Shown here: positions 25,620 to 34,379 of the stretch, in pieces | Numbering within the stretch: the stretch's first letter is position 1 | Layout of the letters: each line of letters starts with the position of its first letter | Source: Acutalibacteraceae bacterium | GTDB taxonomy: Bacteria > Bacillota > Clostridia > Oscillospirales > Acutalibacteraceae | Reading direction: 5' to 3' | Length of the DNA stretch: 56,761 bases | NCBI GenBank assembly: GCA_045577905.1 | Contig: JAZNJE010000123.1 | Location: forward strand, 1-56,761 | Program-made: the position numbers and the translations under genes | The notes under the pieces: model-generated | Seen by the model: only the letters and a program-made list of their open reading frames with translations | Told to the model about the DNA's origin: nothing | Database searches by the model: none

Positions 25620-27008
25620 TTAACGCCCCCAAACCTTGAATTTTGTGCCTGCTGCAAATCCGTTTTCAGATGTGTTAAACTTTAAATCCTGACCCACGCT
25701 CGATATATAATTATAATTCCTTGCATCATTCATAAAGTAAGTCGAAACTGCTTTAAAGTTTGAACCTGCATTTGACGTAGTATAGTAATAAGAAGTTAGG
25801 TTTCCGTCACAAAAAATCTTATTATCAGGTGATATATATAAATCAGCAACAAAGTATAACTTTCCCGTTGATTTTGGACTTGCTTGTGAAGTCCACAACT
25901 GGGATCCTTCAAACGTCAAGCGAATTGATTGCGATGTTATTGTAGTATCACTCGGTATAACTAATGATTCTATATGGATTTCTTTAAAGCGAAGGTTACC
26001 TTTCGGTATTCGTATCTCCGTTACGGCCTCAGTTAAGGTTATATCCTCTATAAGTTCCCATTCTTTTTGAGCAACGGTTGATATTGCCTCGGCAACCGCT
26101 TTACCGCTTTGAGGGTTCAAACTTTCGGGGGAGTAGGTCTTGTCAACCGCCGACTTATTAAGTTTGTCGGAAACATCCTTAACAGCCTTAACACTGTTTA
26201 AGACAGTCGGATTTATGCCGTCCGAGGTAATATCAAGCAAATATTTATTGCCGACGATATATCCAAGTTCGGCAAATTTATCCAAGGAAGTGCTTTTCAA
26301 AAGACCCTGGCAATCGGTAAAAATCAACTCAAAGTTATTGTCAACGAGAGGCTTGATGTTTATAAGAGTATGGATATTTCTGCCGTTTGTTCCGTAATTG
26401 ATATCAAAAGGTGTTATTTCGGTAAGTTCAAGGTTAGCCTTCTCGACCACATCGGGGGTTTTGCCCGGCTCGCCCTTAAATTCTCCCCGTTCAAGACGGC
26501 CTTCAATGTCAAGCACAAGGTTTTGGGTTTCATTTTTGGTTTCGGTTAGTTCTTCTGCCGACACCCCTGCGCTGAGTATTTCGTCACGAATAGACCTTAC
26601 CGATTCTTCCATTGCCGAAAGGCTTTGGTGGGGCTTATCTTCGGCAAGGGGGCTTCGTTTAAGGGAGGTCAGATGTACCTTTACGGGGAAGGACAAAATT
26701 TCGGCATCGCGGTCGGTTATGACAAAAACCACCTCGACCTCATTGCCGAATCGTGTAGCCGAATAGGGCAGAGGGCGGGAAAAAGCACCCGAGGGGGAGG
26801 GGGTAAGATTCTCCGACGGGTTCCAACCGTCAACCGTGTTAAAATCAATGCGGAAAAGAGCAGATTCGCCGAGCATTTTTTTCAAAGAAGGGTCCATAAC
26901 AAAAGTAAAAAGGGTTGCGTTATCCTCGTACTGCATACCGCCCCAAACCCTCGGCGACGGGGTTTCGCGGTCGGCAGAAACGGTAAAAGTGTAGTTTCTA
27001 ACAGCCAT
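25620..27008 (-). CDS. Tail fibre / receptor-binding protein
   Basis: 462 aa with an N-terminal virion-attachment-like domain, a coiled-coil segment, a short collagen-like GEFKGEPGKTPD stretch and a beta-rich C-terminus. It lies between the tail and lysis genes. Confidence 0.55.
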   Translation of the reverse strand: MAVRNYTFTVSADRETPSPRVWGGMQYEDNATLFTFVMDPSLKKMLGESALFRIDFNTVDGWNPSENLTPSPSGAFSRPLPYSATRFGNEVEVVFVITDRDAEILSFPVKVHLTSLKRSPLAEDKPHQSLSAMEESVRSIRDEILSAGVSAEELTETKNETQNLVLDIEGRLERGEFKGEPGKTPDVVEKANLELTEITPFDINYGTNGRNIHTLINIKPLVDNNFELIFTDCQGLLKSTSLDKFAELGYIVGNKYLLDITSDGINPTVLNSVKAVKDVSDKLNKSAVDKTYSPESLNPQSGKAVAEAISTVAQKEWELIEDITLTEAVTEIRIPKGNLRFKEIHIESLVIPSDTTITSQSIRLTFEGSQLWTSQASPKSTGKLYFVADLYISPDNKIFCDGNLTSYYYTTSNAGSNFKAVSTYFMNDARNYNYISSVGQDLKFNTSENGFAAGTKFKVWGR

Positions 27009-27042
27009 ATTTTTTCTCCTTTATAATCATAATGGTCATTAT

Positions 27043-29004
27043 TTAACGATTCCTACGCGGCGTATAAAAAACCGCAAAATCGTTTATTTCAAGTTTTCCT
27101 TTTGCCGAAATCACAAACAGTATGTCTGTAAGAAAGGCGGGAAGGCGGACTTCGTTCGAGCCGTTAAAAATTTCGGTCGTCATAAAGTGCTCCCCGTCGG
27201 CAAAAACCGAAAGTTCGGCATATCCGTCGGCTTTTATGACGGCAAGTACCGAATGGAGGCGAGCCTGTTCGGGATTATCGAAGGGAGATATTGTAACCGA
27301 GGTTTCAATCGGCAGAGAGTCGGCCTCGTCGGGGTCAAGAGTGCCGAGCAAAAAGCGGTCGCAATCATCTTTCAGGGTAAAAACATATATTGAACTGCTC
27401 ATATTGTTGGCAAGGAAAAAAGCATTGCCCCCAACCGAAAGGGCATTAAGCACCTTGACGGGAAGGTCAAAGGAAGGAATAAAGGACAGGTTTTTGCCGA
27501 TTGGAACCGAAAATACAGAGTTTTCGGTAAAAACCAGATAGTTTTCGCCGTCGGCAACGGCAAAACGGGGCTCCCCGTCCACTTCTCCCGCCTTGTCACA
27601 GGAAAGTGAGGAAGAAAGGGAGAAAATCTCGCCCGATTCGGAGGAAAACAGCATTTTGTCCTCTGTTTTGACGAGGGTTCGGGGAAGAAGGGTTGTTCCA
27701 AGACCGGCAACCGATTCCAAGGTAAGTTTGGGTGTAGAAAAGGAGGAAGGAGGCCTTGTTCCCGATAAAACATCGGGGATTGAATAGGGCTCGGAGGAGA
27801 CAACCTTTGCCGAGAAAACCGTGTGAGGTTTAAAAATTAAGAGTTTTCCTTTAACCGAGTCGAGAGCAACCACCGAACCCGACGGCTCGGGCAGAGAAAC
27901 AGAGCAACTTTTCGGAAAATAAAGGGGATTTACGGGGTCTATCCACAAAAGGTCGTGAGGATAGTATCGGCTTCCCGAAAAAACTGTAACCGATTCCGAA
28001 CCGCTTCCCTTAAAGGCGGCAAGGGTGGTTGAACGGCTCATAGAACATACCCTTAAAGCCTCATCGGGGGAAACCGTCTTGTACCGAAAAGTAAGACTGT
28101 TCGGCCGACCTGCGTAGGGTAGAGGGAAGGTGGCGGGACCGTCATAGAAAATGATTTTACCGCTGCTTCTGTCACAGTACATAACCACCTCGGTTTCGTC
28201 AACCGTTTGGGGAGCCGAATGGGTAGAGCCTGCGGCAATTTCCCATACCGTTTTGTCCCCCTCTGCCGAAACATAGGTAGCCCTGATTTTTTCGGAGGGG
28301 TCAGGCAGTCGGGGCAAAATAAAAATATAGGAATGTCGGTCGGCGGTAAAGGTGCAGTCGATAACCGACGTCAGCAAATTTTCGCTTTCAAAGACGGCGG
28401 GGGCGGGGATATAGAAGTCATCTGCCTCGCCATTTACAAATAGGTTGCCTCTGCCGTTTATAAATGCCGTAGGTATATAAAAATCTCCGTCGCTGAGCAA
28501 TCGCCAGGAATCAAGGGTAGATGCAAGTTCGTAAAATCTTACCGTATCGGGTTGGTTGCCGTAACAGATACGGACGGCAAGATATATGCCGGCACCGTAA
28601 AGGGGTTTGCCCGAGTAAAGGAAAAAGGTATCGGGGACGCCAAAGGTGTAACTGTCGGAACGGGAAAAGAGCACCTTACCGAGGGGCATAATTTCGCCGG
28701 TCTCAAAAAAAGCATTAAAGGCATATGAAATATTGCTGTACCCATCCTCCTCGATAACCGCCGCTATTTGCGCCTGACGGTTATTTATGCCGAGGGTAAG
28801 GTCGGTAACCGAAAATGTTGTATAGGAATCTTCGGTCAGGATAGGGTTAAAAATTACGGGAGACGCAGGTAGGCGCATACCCGACCTTGAAACGAGTTTT
28901 CGGTCTTTCGGCACCATATTTACGGCAGACCGAATTTTATCAAAATTACTCTCCGAATTTACCGACACCCTAACAAGATTTCTCTTTTTTGGGTTAATTA
29001 GCAC
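27043..29004 (-). CDS. Large tail structural protein (unknown family)
   Basis: 653 aa, beta-rich. GTG at 29004 lies 6 nt after GGAGGTG and overlaps the upstream stop by 11 nt. The ORF-track start at 29139 would overlap the upstream gene by 145 nt. Confidence 0.5.
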   Translation of the reverse strand: MLINPKKRNLVRVSVNSESNFDKIRSAVNMVPKDRKLVSRSGMRLPASPVIFNPILTEDSYTTFSVTDLTLGINNRQAQIAAVIEEDGYSNISYAFNAFFETGEIMPLGKVLFSRSDSYTFGVPDTFFLYSGKPLYGAGIYLAVRICYGNQPDTVRFYELASTLDSWRLLSDGDFYIPTAFINGRGNLFVNGEADDFYIPAPAVFESENLLTSVIDCTFTADRHSYIFILPRLPDPSEKIRATYVSAEGDKTVWEIAAGSTHSAPQTVDETEVVMYCDRSSGKIIFYDGPATFPLPYAGRPNSLTFRYKTVSPDEALRVCSMSRSTTLAAFKGSGSESVTVFSGSRYYPHDLLWIDPVNPLYFPKSCSVSLPEPSGSVVALDSVKGKLLIFKPHTVFSAKVVSSEPYSIPDVLSGTRPPSSFSTPKLTLESVAGLGTTLLPRTLVKTEDKMLFSSESGEIFSLSSSLSCDKAGEVDGEPRFAVADGENYLVFTENSVFSVPIGKNLSFIPSFDLPVKVLNALSVGGNAFFLANNMSSSIYVFTLKDDCDRFLLGTLDPDEADSLPIETSVTISPFDNPEQARLHSVLAVIKADGYAELSVFADGEHFMTTEIFNGSNEVRLPAFLTDILFVISAKGKLEINDFAVFYTPRRNR

Positions 29005-29332
29005 AGGGCTCACCTCCGAAAAGAGTGTTGCGGACGGTGTCGGTGCAGGAGAGGTACTTCTTTTTAAGATTGTTATAAACGTCGTTAAACTCAGAGGCCC
29101 CTGCGTCATCCCCCAACAATATACTGATGAGCATTGCAATACCGATTTCGAGGAGTATTTTTCCTCCCCTTTGAAGGGTGGGAATCGGGTCGGTCAAAGA
29201 GCAAACCGACTCGGCACCTATATCACTCAGTATGGTGTTTGTGAAGCCGACCGCCGCCTTTTTAATAAGTTCCGAAGGTGCACCACCTCCGCAGAGGGCA
29301 TAGGCTTCGGTTAAAATATCAATTACCTTCAT
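28994..29332 (-). CDS. Head-tail connector/adaptor-size protein (unknown family)
   Basis: 112-aa helical protein overlapping the portal stop, in the position expected for a head-completion or adaptor protein. Confidence 0.4.
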   Translation of the reverse strand: MKVIDILTEAYALCGGGAPSELIKKAAVGFTNTILSDIGAESVCSLTDPIPTLQRGGKILLEIGIAMLISILLGDDAGASEFNDVYNNLKKKYLSCTDTVRNTLFGGEPCAN

Positions 29333-30935
29333 TTTTAATTTCCTCCATCTGATTTTTTAGGTCCTCAATATCGGGAATGAGGGAAGAAGGCAGTCGCTTT
29401 ACATACTGCAAGGCTGAAATTGCCCCCTTTTCGTAAAGAGAAGTCAGCAGTTTTGCAGAATCTTCTTCACTGCGTGTGACTCCTTCGGACAAGACAACCG
29501 AAACCGACAAAAGAAGGTCACGGTACCGTGCAGAATCGAAGGGGAAATACCACTCTCCGTTTTCGTCGCTTATTTTGAGACCTCTTTTTCCGTACATTGT
29601 CACAAAAAACTCTGCCCAAATAAGGGCAATTTCCTCTATAAAACGGTTGAAGCGGTTTTTGAGGAGAACAAGGGGTTCGGTAGCCGCTGCACGCAGGGCG
29701 ATGATTGCGGATGTATTGTCGGTTGACATGTCACCCAGAGCAGCCATTGTAGCACCGCTTTGGGAGAGGGTATTTACAATAAGTTGAGATACCGATTGAT
29801 TAAAGCCGGAAGAAAAATCAGGCGGATTTATGTATTTTACCGCAGATGAAATTTCCTCCGCATTACCCCAAACACGGATTATTTGTCCGGGGTCGTTGGT
29901 AATGTCCTCGGGGACGAGTTCTCCGTTTACTACCATAAGGGGCATACCGCTTGACACCGCCGACCAAACCGATGCCGTAATCATACGGTTTATTGCAATC
30001 TGATTGGGTATTAAGTAGGTAATTTCGCTGTCGCCGTAAATATTGTTGTCACGGGGCTCCCAAACAAACCCCGCAAGGGGATACAGCCTGACCCCGATGT
30101 CCCACTCTTCACGGACCGTAAAGTCTCGGGTTACCTTAACCGCAAAAATGTGCATACTGCCGTCAGGAAGCCTCTTTTTATAAAGACGGGTCAAAAGAAG
30201 AATCTTTTCTGCCGACTCCTCAGGAGTTGGCTCAGGCAGAGAGGTCTGTCCGAAGAGCCTTGCCTCATAAAGAAGGTCGGCAAGAGGCTTTTTCTCGGCA
30301 AGAATAATAAAGGGTTGAGATTGAAGACGGGTGCAGGTGGGGTCGCCGAAATATACGTTTTCGGCTCGGACAACCTCCGAAACAATGTCTCCGAGTATTG
30401 GTTTTCCACCGATTTTGTCTGCATAAAGCCCCGTTCTTACCGACGGGTCAAAATAGGTGTAGATATATCCGCTTCCCGAAATATATGCGTTTTTAAGGGC
30501 AGAGTCCAAAAGTGCGGGCAGTCCCACCCTTTTGGAGACGGTGTCTCGGTAGGAGTTAAGTGCCGAGGTCATAAGGGCAATTTCATTCTTGCTTTGTATC
30601 GGAGCATAGAGAGAATCTCCCCGCTTTGAAAGAGCCTTTCTTTCTTCCTTGACGGCACGGTCGGTATCCTTGGTGTGGGGGACACCCTCTGCGGTGTAGC
30701 AAACCTTAATCTTCGATGAGACAAGTTGACTCATTTTGAAGTCGCCTATTCTCTTAATAACATTGTGTCTGACCAAAGGGCGGTCGGAAGGAGAGGAAAC
30801 ACCGCTCCACTGGTCGCCCGCAAAAAAGCGTTCGTTAAATTTTATCTGCTCATAAAGTCCTCTGTTTCCTACCGAGGACTTAAATTGCCGAATACGGTTA
30901 TATTCTTCAAAGATTTTTTCGCGGCTTATCTGCAT
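29319..30935 (-). CDS. Portal protein
   Basis: 538 aa with a portal-typical N-terminal motif (NERFFAGDQW), appropriate size and genomic context. The ATG at 30935 lies after a terminator hairpin and the RBS-like GAAAGGA. Confidence 0.7.
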   Translation of the reverse strand: MQISREKIFEEYNRIRQFKSSVGNRGLYEQIKFNERFFAGDQWSGVSSPSDRPLVRHNVIKRIGDFKMSQLVSSKIKVCYTAEGVPHTKDTDRAVKEERKALSKRGDSLYAPIQSKNEIALMTSALNSYRDTVSKRVGLPALLDSALKNAYISGSGYIYTYFDPSVRTGLYADKIGGKPILGDIVSEVVRAENVYFGDPTCTRLQSQPFIILAEKKPLADLLYEARLFGQTSLPEPTPEESAEKILLLTRLYKKRLPDGSMHIFAVKVTRDFTVREEWDIGVRLYPLAGFVWEPRDNNIYGDSEITYLIPNQIAINRMITASVWSAVSSGMPLMVVNGELVPEDITNDPGQIIRVWGNAEEISSAVKYINPPDFSSGFNQSVSQLIVNTLSQSGATMAALGDMSTDNTSAIIALRAAATEPLVLLKNRFNRFIEEIALIWAEFFVTMYGKRGLKISDENGEWYFPFDSARYRDLLLSVSVVLSEGVTRSEEDSAKLLTSLYEKGAISALQYVKRLPSSLIPDIEDLKNQMEEIKNEGN

Positions 30936-30951
30936 AAAATCATCCTTTCTT

Positions 30952-30981
30952 AAAAAAGGGACGGAGGTTGCCCTCCGTCCC
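30952..30981 (-). terminator. Intrinsic terminator-like hairpin between the capsid and portal genes
   Basis: A 10-bp GC-rich stem GGGACGGAGG/CCTCCGTCCC is followed by TTTTTT on the minus strand. Confidence 0.6.
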
Positions 30982-30988
30982 AAAGTGA

Positions 30989-32170
30989 TTACGCTACCGT
31001 AACAGTTGCAACCTCGGAATTAACCGAGTTGGTACCGTCGGCGGTAACCTTACAGAAGAAGTAATATTCTCCTGCGGGAAGGTCGTCAGGAATGTTCATA
31101 GATGCGGCAGTTTCTCCTATAAGACGGGCAGCGCCCCTACCGTTTTTGATGTCAGCCTGATACCATTGGTATGCAAGTTCAACACCTGCTTCGGAGGTTG
31201 CGGCAACCGAGAGAGACTCGTTTATTGCACCCTCGGTTACGGTAATGTCGGAGGGAGAAGACGTAATGGTAAGGGGAGAAGAGAAGAAGCCCCAAACCGT
31301 ATCGGTTGCCGAAGCCTTTACAAATACGTCGTAGTAAATACGGTAATCGAACTTGTAGGCATCGGCGCCGGTGTTCTGTTCAGGTGTGAAAACCCTGAGT
31401 TTTTCGGTTTTCTTTACAAGATGAGCAGCGGTTTTGGGAAGAAGGAGCATATAAATTCCGCGGGCGCCGTCGGCAGGAACAAATCCGCCGACCGCATCGT
31501 TCTTGAAGTTATAGGCGGTCTTCATTCTCTCGCTTACAACGGGAATAATGGCAACACCGTTAATCGACTTAACTTTGAGGTTGATTTCGCCCTGCTTAAA
31601 GTCAGAAACGGTAACAAAGCGTGTAATCTCGGCAGAGGACATAAGTGCGGCATAAGCAACAGAGTCCATAAAGCAAACGAGGTCACGGTCATAGCCTGCA
31701 ACCGACTGAACCTGATTTACAAGGGTAGAAAAAGCCTCGAAAGGTCTTTCAAGGTCGCCTGCAATTGCGTTGCCCTTTGAAAGAGCAAGGTTGCCGAGTT
31801 TTGATATAACATAGGCATCACATTCGGGAACAACCTTTGTTTTAACATATTCGCCGAGCACCTTTCCTGCGAGATTTGCAATGCCGGTCTCGTCCATATC
31901 TTCACGGTCGATGGTAAGCGAACGGGCACGGTCCATTGTCATTGTGTAGGAACTTCCTTTTACCGAAACTGAGCCGCTTGCAAAACCGTTAGCACGGTCA
32001 TAATCGGCTAGTCCGTCAAAGTCAACGTCGGGAATGATAACGGTTTTTGCACCGACAAAACGGGTGCGAAGAATGTTGTCGGCAAGGAATGCGGTGGCAC
32101 TCTTTGCCTCGAAAACACGGTCAAGTGCGCCGGAATAGTTTTCGGCGGCAGCAATAGAATTGATAGACAT
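30989..32170 (-). CDS. Major capsid protein with a C-terminal Ig-like domain
   Basis: 393 aa, immediately after the scaffold gene. The last ~95 aa resemble a bacterial Ig-like domain (ITVTEG....YQWY....AGEYYFFCKVT). Confidence 0.7.
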   Translation of the reverse strand: MSINSIAAAENYSGALDRVFEAKSATAFLADNILRTRFVGAKTVIIPDVDFDGLADYDRANGFASGSVSVKGSSYTMTMDRARSLTIDREDMDETGIANLAGKVLGEYVKTKVVPECDAYVISKLGNLALSKGNAIAGDLERPFEAFSTLVNQVQSVAGYDRDLVCFMDSVAYAALMSSAEITRFVTVSDFKQGEINLKVKSINGVAIIPVVSERMKTAYNFKNDAVGGFVPADGARGIYMLLLPKTAAHLVKKTEKLRVFTPEQNTGADAYKFDYRIYYDVFVKASATDTVWGFFSSPLTITSSPSDITVTEGAINESLSVAATSEAGVELAYQWYQADIKNGRGAARLIGETAASMNIPDDLPAGEYYFFCKVTADGTNSVNSEVATVTVA

Positions 32171-32196
32171 AAATTTTTTCTCCTTAAATAGTTTTT

Positions 32197-32703
32197 TCAG
32201 TTACCCCAAACGCCCTTTAAAAATTCTGCGGCGGTGGGGTCCTGTCGGTCATCTGCCGACAGAGAGCCGGTGGTAGAGGCGGCGGTAAAACATTGATTCT
32301 CGGTTTCTTCTGCCGCCGCCTTTGCCTTTTTATACTCGTAGAGCAGGTACTCAAAAACCAGTCCTGTACCATTATTTTTTGCGGCTGTTTTTACCTCCTC
32401 GGGGAGCATATCGGGTGAGGAAATTTCGGGGAAATGAATACGTAATTGACCAAAATTATCGGGGCTTTCAGCCTGCGCGCGCAATTTTTCGTAGTCCTCA
32501 TAAATCTGGTCAAACTTCATTCCCTTTTGTGCCAGACTGACGGCAGTTTCTCGGTCAAGGTCCAAAATTTCTTTGTTAAACTTGATTTTCATAAAACTGT
32601 CGCAGGGGGAAGGGAGGTCGGGTGTGGTTGCCTCGTCCTTCTCATTTAAAATCTCCTCCTCGGTCTGTGGTTGGACCGAATCATCTTTTAATTTTTCTTC
32701 CAT
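32197..32703 (-). CDS. Scaffolding protein
   Basis: Acidic, helical, 168 aa, with the IKFNKEI..L...A..LAQKGM motif, located upstream of the capsid gene. Confidence 0.6.
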   Translation of the reverse strand: MEEKLKDDSVQPQTEEEILNEKDEATTPDLPSPCDSFMKIKFNKEILDLDRETAVSLAQKGMKFDQIYEDYEKLRAQAESPDNFGQLRIHFPEISSPDMLPEEVKTAAKNNGTGLVFEYLLYEYKKAKAAAEETENQCFTAASTTGSLSADDRQDPTAAEFLKGVWGN

Positions 32704-32873
32704 TTAGAAATTTCCTCCGTTAATTCAAAAATTTTTTCGCTTCCGTCAAAGGACAGGAAGTCATAAAGGCCGACTGCTTCGCCCTTCCTTCGGGTGGCAG
32801 GGGGCTTTTTTGTCCTTCTTTTTCCTAAATTCCAACCGATAATAAGAAAGACAAGTGCAACAAGTGCGGTCAT
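32688..32873 (-). CDS. Small membrane peptide (one TM followed by a basic stretch)
   Basis: The ATG at 32873 overlaps the TerL stop (ATGA). Function is unknown. Confidence 0.4.
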   Translation of the reverse strand: MTALVALVFLIIGWNLGKRRTKKPPATRRKGEAVGLYDFLSFDGSEKIFELTEEISKWKKN

Positions 32874-34117
32874 ACACTCCACCCCCCTTTGTTTCCGTAA
32901 AGCCTCCTCGACGGCTCTCCGCCGTTTTTAACATCGTAAAAGGCATAGCGGAGAGCATCCATAAGGTGGTTGTCGGAGTCCATCGGGGTGTTGGGAAGAC
33001 TCTTGTTCCAACGGTATGAGGAAAGTTCTTCCAGAGTGTTCTTGCATTTTGGGTCAACAATAATTCGGTATTCGCTTATGTTCATAATTCCGTTTATAAT
33101 ACTGTCTTTGCCCTTGACCGACGGCATAAGACGGGTCAGACCGAGCCGTCTTAAATCCTCGTTCGTTTTGGGCTCGGCAGAGTCGGCACGTATCCGTTCC
33201 TTGCCGTAGCCCTTTTGGATAATCAGTCGGGCAATGTCGGAATTGAGCATCTTTTTCTGACAAAACTCATCAAAAATATAAATGATTTTTTCCTCACGGT
33301 TGACCTTGATTGCAATAAAGGCGGTCGGGTCGGTGGTGTAGCCGTAATCGAGGCCGAAAAATGCCTGCCAGTTTCCCTTGGCGGTGTCGGGAACACCCGT
33401 AATCCAGTTTTCATAAACCAGACCTTCGGCAATTCCCCATTCGCCAAGCCCCGCAACAGCATATCGACGGGGATGCTCGGTTTTGAGCCGTTCAAAAACC
33501 GCACGGTCGGTTTGGTCCAAAAATTCGTTTACCAGATAGTTGGTCGAAAAAACCGTACAGTCGGGGGAAGGATTGTCAAAGAAACGGGCTTTCAGCCAAT
33601 GCTTTTCGCTCCAAGGGTTAAAGGTCAAGGTTGTCTGCTTGAAAAGGGGAGGGGGAAGACTTCCCCTCGGCACCGATAAATCAAGTTTTTCAAAGTCGGA
33701 AAGTTCGGCGATTTCATAGGCTTCTTCAACCCAAACAAAATTGAGAAAACCTTTCTCGACGGTGGTTGATGCCAACTTCAAAACGTCGTCAAACCCTCTG
33801 AAAAGTATTTTTTGACCGGTGGGAATATAGGTCATTTCAAGCGGAGCAACACAGTTTTTAAAAAGGTGAGAAACCCCGAGTTTTTCCTGCGCCCATTTAA
33901 GTTGGGCAAAGGTCGAGTCTCGGTGGGTGTTCATAACGGCTCGGACTACAAGAATATTGCTTTGGGGATACCGTATGAGGCGGTAAATAAGATTGAGCGC
34001 AGTTGTCGCAGATTTTTTGGAGCCCTTTCCGCCCTTTAAAACCCTGTAACGGGTCTTACAGTTCCAAAACTCATCGTATCCGTCTCCGACCTTCTCTTTA
34101 AGACTTACCGATGTCAT
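32870..34117 (-). CDS. Terminase large subunit (PBSX family)
   Basis: Walker A GGKGSKKS, Walker B-like FVWVEEA, and nuclease motifs GLDYG, DSAEP and DNHLMDALRYA. The start is uncertain (ATG at 34117 or GTG at 34132). Confidence 0.9.
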   Translation of the reverse strand: MTSVSLKEKVGDGYDEFWNCKTRYRVLKGGKGSKKSATTALNLIYRLIRYPQSNILVVRAVMNTHRDSTFAQLKWAQEKLGVSHLFKNCVAPLEMTYIPTGQKILFRGFDDVLKLASTTVEKGFLNFVWVEEAYEIAELSDFEKLDLSVPRGSLPPPLFKQTTLTFNPWSEKHWLKARFFDNPSPDCTVFSTNYLVNEFLDQTDRAVFERLKTEHPRRYAVAGLGEWGIAEGLVYENWITGVPDTAKGNWQAFFGLDYGYTTDPTAFIAIKVNREEKIIYIFDEFCQKKMLNSDIARLIIQKGYGKERIRADSAEPKTNEDLRRLGLTRLMPSVKGKDSIINGIMNISEYRIIVDPKCKNTLEELSSYRWNKSLPNTPMDSDNHLMDALRYAFYDVKNGGEPSRRLYGNKGGWSV

Positions 34118-34352
34118 CGACAAGGGTAACACCTCCCGAAACCTCTCCGAGTCCGATAATTCCGAGCAGTTCCTTTATTGCGGAAAGTTCTCCTCCCGCC
34201 GCCTTTTTATAGAGTGCGGCGGCAATTACCGTCATACGGGTCGGCTTTTTCACCTTAATTTCCATCTCCGAGAGCCGTTCATCTTCTTCTGCTGTCGCAG
34301 GCAGACGTAACAGACGGAGCAGTTCATCGGATAACTGTTTTTTGCTTTTCAA
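34098..34352 (-). CDS. Short terminase small-subunit-like protein
   Basis: 84 aa with a segment resembling the TerS helix (MTVIAAALYKKAAGGELSAIKELL). TTG start lies 7 nt after AGGAGGTG, and the gene overlaps TerL. Confidence 0.4.
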   Translation of the reverse strand: MKSKKQLSDELLRLLRLPATAEEDERLSEMEIKVKKPTRMTVIAAALYKKAAGGELSAIKELLGIIGLGEVSGGVTLVDDIGKS

Positions 34353-34379
34353 TTCGGCTCACCTCCTGACCGCAGGCAA

